Positions 47,514 through 54,592 of a stretch of DNA of 58,290 nucleotides are shown here, piece by piece. A model generated the notes under the pieces. It saw only the letters and a program-made list of their open reading frames with translations, was not told where the DNA came from and ran no database searches. Position 1 is the stretch's first letter. Each line of letters opens with the position of its first letter. Source of the stretch: Marinilabiliales bacterium (GTDB taxonomy: Bacteria; Bacteroidota; Bacteroidia; Bacteroidales; BM520); the NCBI GenBank assembly GCA_002869405.1, contig PKSY01000157.1:1-58290 (forward strand), given 5' to 3'. Both the position numbers and the translations under genes were made by a program.

Positions 47514-47621
47514 ATGCGGAATATTATTTTCGTCAAAAATAGTAAAAAAGCGCGCTAACAGGGAATATAACACCAAACGAAAAAAATTGTTAACAATACA
47601 GCAAATCCGGGTTGATAATTG

Positions 47622-47629
47622 TATTTTTG
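47622..47629 (+). promoter_or_regulatory. Bacteroidota -7 promoter box immediately upstream of dnaB
   Basis: TATTTTTG ends 4 nt before ATG 47634. If functional, this implies a leaderless or near-leaderless mRNA. Confidence 0.35.
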
Positions 47630-47633
47630 AAGA

Positions 47634-49187
47634 ATGGATCAATCGGCACAAACTAAGGGGCCCCGGCAGCAGTCAAAGTCTTCCGGGGCAGTATTTTCGA
47701 AAGAACTTCTGGATCATGGTCGCGTACCCCCGCAGGCTGTGGATTTGGAAGAGGTAGTACTTGGTGCTATGTTGCTGGAACGGGATGCACTCACTGAGGT
47801 TATTGATATCATTAAACCGGATATCTTTTATAAAGATTCCCATCGGAAAATATGTGAGGCCATTCACAGATTGTTCCGAAACTCTGAACCCATTGATATC
47901 CTAACAGTTACCAATGAGCTCAAGAAGAGCAAAGACCTTGAAAGTGTCGGCGGCGCATATTACATCGCGCAGCTCACAAACCGTGTCGCATCATCCGCAA
48001 ACATAGAGTACCATGCACGTATTCTGGTGCAGAAACATATCGAGAGGGAACTTATCAGCAGCTCATCAGAGATTATAAAAATGGCTTATGATGAGAGTGT
48101 GGATGTTTTTGATCTGCTGGATAAAGCACAGGGAAATCTTTTTGAACTCAGCGAAAACAACTTCCGTCGCAGTTATGTAAGTATGGATAGCATTGTGCGT
48201 GAGGCTGTTGAAGAGATTCAGAATGCAAGGAATCATAAGGATGAACTTCGCGGAGTACCAACTGGATTCACCGAGCTCGATGCCCTGACAGGCGGATTGC
48301 AGCGCTCCGACCTGCTGATTCTGGCAGCTCGTCCCGGTATGGGTAAAACAGCCCTTGCACTTACCATGGCCCGCAACATGGCTGTGGAATATAACCGACC
48401 CGTTGCAGTATTCTCCCTTGAGATGGCCGCAGTGCAGCTTACCACTCGTCTTATCTCCAGTGAATCAGAAATTACAGCCGATAAACTCCGTAAAGGTGAA
48501 CTCTCAGATCAGGAATGGGCTCAACTCAACGCCAAAATCGGCAGACTTGCCGATGCACCCATTTATATTGATGATACTCCCGCACTCTCAATATTCGAAC
48601 TTCGCGCAAAATGCCGTCGACTCAAGGAACAATACGACATTCAATTTGTGGTGGTCGATTACCTGCAGCTTATGACTGCAGGAATGGACAAAGGAAACCG
48701 GGAACAGGAAATCAGTACCATTTCTCGTTCGCTAAAAGCTCTGGCAAAAGAACTTAACATCCCTGTCATGGCGCTTTCGCAGCTCTCCCGTGATGTTGAA
48801 AAACGAGGTGGCTCAAAAAAACCTGTGCTCTCCGACCTTCGTGAATCCGGTGCCATCGAGCAGGATGCCGATATCGTGTTATTCGTATATCGTCCGGAAT
48901 ACTACAATATTGATGAAGATGAAGATGGTCAGAATAATGCAAACCTGGCTGAACTGCGTGTAGCAAAACACCGTAACGGTGCACTGAAAGATATTCCGCT
49001 GAAATTTACTGCCCAGTTTGCACGTTTCTCTGACCCTGATCCTGAATATGGATTTGTTAATGACGCTATCTCACCAAATCAAAGTTTTGAACACGGAAAT
49101 ACGGTGACAATGCAGTCGAAGATGAATAATGAGCTGCCGCCTTCACAGCAACAGGGTAATGATCCATCGTTTGATGTACCATTTTAA
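47634..49187 (+). CDS. dnaB: Replicative DNA helicase DnaB
   Basis: 517 aa. N-terminal PPQAVDLEEVVLGAMLL. Walker A ARPGMGKTALAL, then SLEM, Walker B VVVDYLQLM, and LSQLSRDVEKR. Confidence 0.95.
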   Translation: MDQSAQTKGPRQQSKSSGAVFSKELLDHGRVPPQAVDLEEVVLGAMLLERDALTEVIDIIKPDIFYKDSHRKICEAIHRLFRNSEPIDILTVTNELKKSKDLESVGGAYYIAQLTNRVASSANIEYHARILVQKHIERELISSSSEIIKMAYDESVDVFDLLDKAQGNLFELSENNFRRSYVSMDSIVREAVEEIQNARNHKDELRGVPTGFTELDALTGGLQRSDLLILAARPGMGKTALALTMARNMAVEYNRPVAVFSLEMAAVQLTTRLISSESEITADKLRKGELSDQEWAQLNAKIGRLADAPIYIDDTPALSIFELRAKCRRLKEQYDIQFVVVDYLQLMTAGMDKGNREQEISTISRSLKALAKELNIPVMALSQLSRDVEKRGGSKKPVLSDLRESGAIEQDADIVLFVYRPEYYNIDEDEDGQNNANLAELRVAKHRNGALKDIPLKFTAQFARFSDPDPEYGFVNDAISPNQSFEHGNTVTMQSKMNNELPPSQQQGNDPSFDVPF

Positions 49188-49196
49188 ATCATTTGC

Positions 49197-50453
49197 ATGA
49201 AAAAAACAGCACTACTCATAATATTTTTGTTCTCAATCCTGTTTTCCCAGGCCGCATATATCCTTATTCCTATGGATGATACGCAGTCGAACCACCTTAA
49301 ATCATACGGATTGGCATTCTGGACTTTGCAGCAGAATGTTGAAGTATACTGGCTGCTGAATTACAGCGGTGGCAGCTTTATGATGAAGTATCATGAAGAC
49401 ATAGAGCGTGAATGCATTGTCAGAGATATAAGCTATCATGTGATTGCCGATGCCAAAAGCACGGCTATACTGTCAGAGATTGCAGACCCCGGAGTAAATA
49501 TGGATGCTGTAAAACTCCATAAAGCACCGAAAATCGCAGTCTATTCTCCGAAAAACAAACAACCATGGGATGATGCCGTAACTTTGGCATTGACCTATGC
49601 TGAAATACCCTATGACGTAATTTACGATGAAGAAGTGCTGGACGGAGCGTTGCCACTATACGACTGGCTGCACCTGCATCACGAAGATTTCACCGGTCAG
49701 TACGGAAAATTCTGGCGTGCATACAAAGACGTAGCATGGTATCAGGAGAACCAACGTGCTGCAGAAGAGACTGCCAGAGCATTGGGATTCACCAAAGTAA
49801 GTCAATGCAAACTTGCTGTAGCAAAAGCAATCCGCAACTTTGTCCTTGGAGGAGGTTACCTCTTTGCCATGTGCTCGGCACCCGACAGCTTTGACGTTGC
49901 CCTCTCTGCCGATGGTGTGGACATCTGCGACGTAATGTTCGACGGAGACCCCATTGAACCGGGCGCACAGGAGAAACTAAATTACGATAATTGTCTTGCA
50001 TTCACCGACTTTACCATAAGCACTAATCCTTATGAATACGAGATTTCCAGCATTGATATGACCGAGCGTCGAAAAGTGCCAAAAAACCTCGATATGTTTA
50101 CACTCTTTGAATTCAGCGCCAAATGGGATCCGGTACCCACAATGCTGTGCCAGGATCACGAGCAGGTGATAAAAGGATTCATGGGGCAAACCACCTCTTT
50201 CAACCGCGACAATCTGAAGCCCGAAGTGCTTATATTGGGAGAGACAAAAGCCTCAAATGAAGTACGCTATATTCACGGCGAGTTCGGCAAAGGCACCTGG
50301 ACATACCTCGGCGGCCACGACCCCGAAGATTACCAACACCGCGTAGGAGATCCACCAACGGATCTCAACCTTCATCCTAACTCAGCAGGATATAGGCTCA
50401 TTTTAAACAATGTGCTGTTCCCGGCAGCGAAGAAAAAGAAGCAGAAAACGTAA
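49197..50453 (+). CDS. Conserved secreted hypothetical protein (possible class I glutamine-amidotransferase-like fold)
   Basis: 418 aa with signal peptide, 9 nt after dnaB. GGGYLFAMCSAPD resembles a nucleophile elbow. I recall homologues being annotated 'asparagine synthetase B' in Flavobacteriia, probably wrongly. Confidence 0.6.
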   Translation: MKKTALLIIFLFSILFSQAAYILIPMDDTQSNHLKSYGLAFWTLQQNVEVYWLLNYSGGSFMMKYHEDIERECIVRDISYHVIADAKSTAILSEIADPGVNMDAVKLHKAPKIAVYSPKNKQPWDDAVTLALTYAEIPYDVIYDEEVLDGALPLYDWLHLHHEDFTGQYGKFWRAYKDVAWYQENQRAAEETARALGFTKVSQCKLAVAKAIRNFVLGGGYLFAMCSAPDSFDVALSADGVDICDVMFDGDPIEPGAQEKLNYDNCLAFTDFTISTNPYEYEISSIDMTERRKVPKNLDMFTLFEFSAKWDPVPTMLCQDHEQVIKGFMGQTTSFNRDNLKPEVLILGETKASNEVRYIHGEFGKGTWTYLGGHDPEDYQHRVGDPPTDLNLHPNSAGYRLILNNVLFPAAKKKKQKT

Positions 50454-50517
50454 AAAGAAGGAACACAAAGTCTTTGGAGAGCCACGATTCATCGTGGCTG
50501 AAAAATATTATTCCATG

Positions 50518-50646
50518 TGTCCATAATTCAGATACGCACGGCGGTGCGTATCTACCGGGAAACGTCGCGCGGTAAAACCATACCGCACTGTGGTTCTACC
50601 GGGAAACGTCGTCCGGTAAAGCCACGCCATACTGTGGCTCTAAATG
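50518..50646 (+). repeat. Repeat module A (palindrome + two 44-bp tandem units)
   Basis: tgtccataattca-GATACGCACggcgGTGCGTATC, then 44-bp units at 50552-50595 and 50596-50639. Each unit carries hairpins accgg...ccggt and (a)gccac...gtgg(ct). Confidence 0.8.
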
Positions 50647-50752
50647 GCAGATTAACATGATAGGTATATACAAAAAAACCACCATGCATTGACATCCACC
50701 CCGAGACGCCATAAATGGCCGTCTCTACTATTTTTGTTACATTTAATAATAT

Positions 50753-50837
50753 TGTCCATAATTCAGATACGCACGGCGGTGCGTATCTACCGGGAAACGT
50801 CGTCCGGTAAAGCCACGCCGTACTGTGGCTCTAATGG
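50753..50837 (+). repeat. Repeat module B (palindrome + one 44-bp unit)
   Basis: Near-identical to module A, with the same 35-nt head and palindrome (50766-50787). It has a single 44-bp unit (50787-50830) that differs by one base from unit 2 of module A. Confidence 0.8.
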
Positions 50838-50888
50838 AAAAAATCTTCGTGGCTCTTTGTGCCTTCTTTGTGGCTCTTTGTGAAACAG

Positions 50889-51389
50889 CTATTTTCTAAC
50901 AAACTCCTTTATCGTAAACGCCACCCTATGCCGCTCATCAATACCATGCGGCGTTGCCTTCACCAGCTCCCATTCCTCTTCCTTTACTTCAGGGAACCAG
51001 GTATCGGCCTCCGGAGAGTCTTCAACATCAGTATAATAGAGCTTTTGAACAATAGGGAAAAACTGTTCGTAGATTGATGCTCCACCCATTACAAAGTTCT
51101 CGCTGTCGGAATCGGCTTGTGCTATGGCTTCTTCGATGCTGTTAACCATGATGCATCCGGGGAACTGCTCTTCCTTATCCATGGTAATCACAATATTGCG
51201 ACGCTTTGGCAATGCTCCCTTGGGCAACGAAAGGTAGGTGTTACGACCCATGATTACTGTATGTCCGGTAGTGTTTTCCTTAAAGAACTTCATATCATCG
51301 GGCAGCGACCACAGCAGTTCATTTTTAAAGCCTATGGCGCGATTTTTACCTACAGCAACGATTATAGAGATGGGTTTTGATGTTTTCAT
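50889..51389 (-). CDS. folA: Dihydrofolate reductase
   Basis: 166 aa. ISIIVAVGKNRAIGFKNELLWSLPDDMKFFKENTTGHTVIMGRNTY is the DHFR signature. Confidence 0.95.
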   Translation of the reverse strand: MKTSKPISIIVAVGKNRAIGFKNELLWSLPDDMKFFKENTTGHTVIMGRNTYLSLPKGALPKRRNIVITMDKEEQFPGCIMVNSIEEAIAQADSDSENFVMGGASIYEQFFPIVQKLYYTDVEDSPEADTWFPEVKEEEWELVKATPHGIDERHRVAFTIKEFVRK

Positions 51390-51398
51390 AACAATAAA

Positions 51399-52193
51399 TT
51401 ATACAGAGATAGCACCTTTAATATGTGGGTGCGCTTCGTATCCTGTTAGTTCAAAATCTTCAAATTTAAAATCCTCAATATTTTTTACTTCCGGATTTAT
51501 CTTCATTGTTGGAAGCGGGTAAGGCTCACGTGTAAGCTGAAGTTTACACTGCTCAATATGATTTTTATAGATATGGGCATCGCCAAGGGTATGTACAAAT
51601 TCTCCGGGCTGCAATCCTGTTATCTGAGCGATCATCATGGTAAGAAGCGCATAGGATGCGATATTAAACGGCACACCGAGAAAGATATCACACGAGCGCT
51701 GGTATAGCTGACAGGAGAGTTTTCCATCTGCAACATAAAACTGAAACAGCACATGACATGGCGGCAGCGCCATCTCCTCCACCTGCCCCACATTCCAGGC
51801 ACACACCAGATGACGGCGTGAATTGGGGTTATTCTTAATTGAATCAATAACCTGCTGTATCTGGTCGATATGGCCGCCCCTGTAGTCGGGCCAGCTGCGC
51901 CACTGATAGCCGTAAATAGGCCCCAAATCGCCATTTTCATCCGCCCACTCGTCCCAGATTCTCACCTTATTCTCTTTCAGGTATGCAGTGTTGGTAGAGC
52001 CCTGCAGGAACCACAGCAGCTCATGAATGATCTACCGCAGGTGCAGCTTCTTGGTGGTTAATACCGGGAAGCCCTTTTGCAGGTCGAAGCGCATCTGATG
52101 TCCAAATACAGAGATAGTGCCTGTTCCGGTGCGATCCTCCTTCGAAACACCGTTGGTCAGCACATGATCGAGAAGGTCGAGATATTGTTTCAT
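51399..52193 (-). pseudogene. thyA: Thymidylate synthase (ThyA) interrupted by one in-frame TAG (52032-52034)
   Basis: Full 264-codon frame from ATG 52193 ([26 protein letters not shown]...). [17 protein letters not shown] has a stop where ThyA has the conserved Ser. The rest is intact, including [11 protein letters not shown] (catalytic Cys) and DAHIY. Confidence 0.9.
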
Positions 52194-52219
52194 AATGTCG
52201 TAAGGTCTTTAATTCAAGT

Positions 52220-53755
52220 TTATCCCAGCAGCATTCCGATAAGTGTCGCGGAGATCAGGGCAGAAATTGCGCCGGCAAGCAAAGCACGCATACCAAACTT
52301 TGAAAGCATTACCTTCTGACCGGGAGCCAGCGCTCCGATACCGCCAATCTGAATACCTACGGAACTGAAGTTCGCAAAACCACATAACAGATAAGTAGCC
52401 ATAATGATTGACTTAGGCTGCAATAATCCGTTGTTGATCATCGCTGAAAGGCTTCCGTAGCCTACAAATTCGTTGAGGATGGTCTTCTCACCCAGCAGCT
52501 GTCCGAGGTAAGCAATGTCCGTAACAGGAACTCCCAGCAGCCACATTAACGGTGACAGGGCGTATCCCAGTAGAAATTGCAGGGAGAAAGTCTCATAGCC
52601 TGTATTGGCAGCGACCCAGTCGTTGAGGTTTGTCCAGGCGCCAATCTTACCAAGCACGATATTTACAAAGGCAATAGCTGCGATGTAGGTGAGCAGCATG
52701 GCTGCGATGTTCACCGCCAGCTTCATTCCGTCAGTGGTACCGTTAGAGAAAGCATCCAGTGCATTGGCTCCGATTTTATCGGTATTGATTTTCGCTGCTT
52801 TATCGATCGATTCTGTTTGGGGAACAATAATCTTCGCAGCTACTACTGCACCGGGAGCTGCCATTACGGATGCTGCCAGCAGGTGCTTTGCAAAAACCAT
52901 CTGCGCCACAGGATCGTTGCCGCCCAAAAATCCGATGTATGCTGCCAGCACACCACCGGCCATGGTCGACATCCCTCCTACCATCACTACAAAAAGCTCC
53001 GATTTGGTAAGTTTTTCCAGATAGGCCTTGACCAACAGCGGCGACTCCGTTTGTCCGAGGAAGATATTTCCTGCCAGAGAAAGACTCTCGGTACCGGAAA
53101 GGCCCATAGCGCGTGTCATCACCCATGCCAGTCCGCGGACAATCACCTGAATAATACCCCAGTAGAACAGCAGGCTTGAGATTGCCGAGAAGAATACTAC
53201 TGTCGGAAGAATTTTAAAGGCAAAAATATAACCCAGAGAGTCGTTGTTTATCAGATCACCAAGCAGGAATATGGCACCGGTTTCGGCAGCCTGAAGTACA
53301 TATACAAACAGCTTACCCACGATTTCAAAGAAAGACTGGATAAAAGGCACATACAGCACACCCAGCGCCAAAAGGATCTGGAAAATCAATCCACGGGCTA
53401 CCACGCCCCAGTTAATGGCTTTTCGGTTGGTACTGAAGAGGTAGCAGATAAAGAGTATCACCGCAAGTCCCAGCAAACCACGAAGAATATTGATAAATTT
53501 AATACCACCGGAGCTCTCAATAGATTGAATCACGTCGGCCATGGTGGCACCGGAGTCTGCGGTCTCAACAGTTTCTTCAACGATAATCTCTTCTACTACC
53601 GCAGTACCTGAGTCGGTAAGCAGTTGATTTCCCAGGAGCGTATCCTCTACAAAGTTGTCGGTTTTAATCTGAGCGTCGGTACCAATGATCATTCCGGTAC
53701 CAATGATAATCACACTAAAGAGGAACAAAATCCCCAGGATTTTTTTTATTTTCAT
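52220..53755 (-). CDS. nupC: NupC/CNT-family nucleoside transporter
   Basis: Trimmed to MKIKKILGILFLF. Polytopic. CNT-like blocks GTESLSLAGNIFLGQTESPLL and EFVGYGSL. About 511 aa. Confidence 0.8.
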   Translation of the reverse strand: MKIKKILGILFLFSVIIIGTGMIIGTDAQIKTDNFVEDTLLGNQLLTDSGTAVVEEIIVEETVETADSGATMADVIQSIESSGGIKFINILRGLLGLAVILFICYLFSTNRKAINWGVVARGLIFQILLALGVLYVPFIQSFFEIVGKLFVYVLQAAETGAIFLLGDLINNDSLGYIFAFKILPTVVFFSAISSLLFYWGIIQVIVRGLAWVMTRAMGLSGTESLSLAGNIFLGQTESPLLVKAYLEKLTKSELFVVMVGGMSTMAGGVLAAYIGFLGGNDPVAQMVFAKHLLAASVMAAPGAVVAAKIIVPQTESIDKAAKINTDKIGANALDAFSNGTTDGMKLAVNIAAMLLTYIAAIAFVNIVLGKIGAWTNLNDWVAANTGYETFSLQFLLGYALSPLMWLLGVPVTDIAYLGQLLGEKTILNEFVGYGSLSAMINNGLLQPKSIIMATYLLCGFANFSSVGIQIGGIGALAPGQKVMLSKFGMRALLAGAISALISATLIGMLLG

Positions 53756-53762
53756 AGGTTGG

Positions 53763-54356
53763 CTATTTGCGTTTGTTGATCTCATCACGAATACGGGACG
53801 CCAGTTCATAGTCCTCGTTTTCGACAGCCTCCTTCAAGTTATCCTGAAGTTCGGTAAGAGATTTCGACTCCAGAGAATCTTTGGGAACACTGTCAGCTTC
53901 AAACATTTTTTCTCCGGAATCTTCAACATCCGCATCATCCATTTCTATACCTGCTTCCTGCATAATATTTTCATAGGTATAGAACGGGCAGCCCAGACGC
54001 AGCGCAATGGCAATGGCGTCGGAAGTACGGGAATCGATGACATGACTGTTACCATGAGTATCGTGACAATAGAGCTTGGCATGAAACACGCCCTCCACAA
54101 ATTTATCGATAATCACCTCACTGATGGTAATATGAAAGGACTCGGTAAAAAATTTAAACAGGTCGTGGGTCAGAGGCCGCGAAGGCCGCATGCTTTCCAT
54201 CTCCAGTGCTATAGCCTGCGCTTCAAAGCCACCTATTATAATAGGTAAACGACGAATCCCTGACTCTTCTCCCAAAATTAATGCATACGCACCATGTTGT
54301 GAATGGCTGTATGACATTCCTACGATCTTTAACCTGATTTTGTCCTTTTCTGTCAT
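53763..54356 (-). CDS. Bifunctional nuclease (BFN/DUF151) with C-terminal UVR-like helix
   Basis: 197 aa. Blocks RLPIIIGGFEAQAIAL, RPLTHDL and VIDSRTSDAIAIALR match the BFN domain. The tail is ELQDNLKEAVENEDYELASRIRDEINKR. Confidence 0.75.
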   Translation of the reverse strand: MTEKDKIRLKIVGMSYSHSQHGAYALILGEESGIRRLPIIIGGFEAQAIALEMESMRPSRPLTHDLFKFFTESFHITISEVIIDKFVEGVFHAKLYCHDTHGNSHVIDSRTSDAIAIALRLGCPFYTYENIMQEAGIEMDDADVEDSGEKMFEADSVPKDSLESKSLTELQDNLKEAVENEDYELASRIRDEINKRK

Positions 54357-54556
54357 CTGACTCTTAAACCCCGGGGAAAACTATTTGTTCAGCAGGCTAA
54401 AGTAAAAATTAATTCTCAAGGCCTCTATAGTCCTCACCCCTTTTTTTTATCACAAATAATCAACAATTACTCATATTTACTTTTTTACATATGTGATTTT
54501 TTGCATTTTTGTAAAAATTTATGCAAACGATTGCACTCAGTCCCAATTAATGTGCG

Positions 54557-54564
54557 TAAATTTG
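54557..54564 (+). promoter_or_regulatory. Bacteroidota -7 promoter box
   Basis: TAAATTTG lies 28 nt upstream of the hppA ATG. Confidence 0.5.
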
Positions 54565-54592
54565 TCGATTATTAATAACCAACAAGACAGGA

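Larger units (their letters stand above)
50454..50869. repeat. Composite structured repeat region bounded by imperfect inverted repeats
   Basis: Left arm: aaagaagg-aacacaaag-(9 nt)-agccacga (50454-50487). Right arm: tcgtggct-ctttgtg-ccttcttt (50847-50869), which is its reverse complement. Two copies of a longer module lie inside. Confidence 0.7.

Noticed and set aside
50552-50830. Possible CRISPR array (direct 44-bp repeats).
   Set aside because: Two units are directly tandem with no spacer, and a third lies 150 nt away inside a duplicated larger module. There are no unique spacers, no cas genes and no leader. This is a repeat element, not a CRISPR.
50689-50883. 64-aa ORF inside the repeat region, plus 50859-51077.
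   Set aside because: It starts at TTG, runs through the palindromes and repeat units, and overlaps the folA 3' end. There is no support for coding.
2524-52193. Stop-codon reassignment (alternative genetic code) as the explanation for the in-frame TAA/TAG codons.
   Set aside because: TAA, TAG and TGA each terminate multiple conserved genes in this window at the expected C-termini (for example znuA and rplS with TAA, GT4 and BFN with TAG, the first GT2 and HAD with TGA). The thyA TAG also replaces a Ser, which fits no known reassignment.
52577-53179. 200-aa and 111-aa plus-strand ORFs, and a 108-aa alternative-frame ORF, inside nupC.
   Set aside because: These are shadow ORFs opposite or out of frame with a well-supported transporter gene. 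They are Cys/His/Arg-rich and low in complexity.
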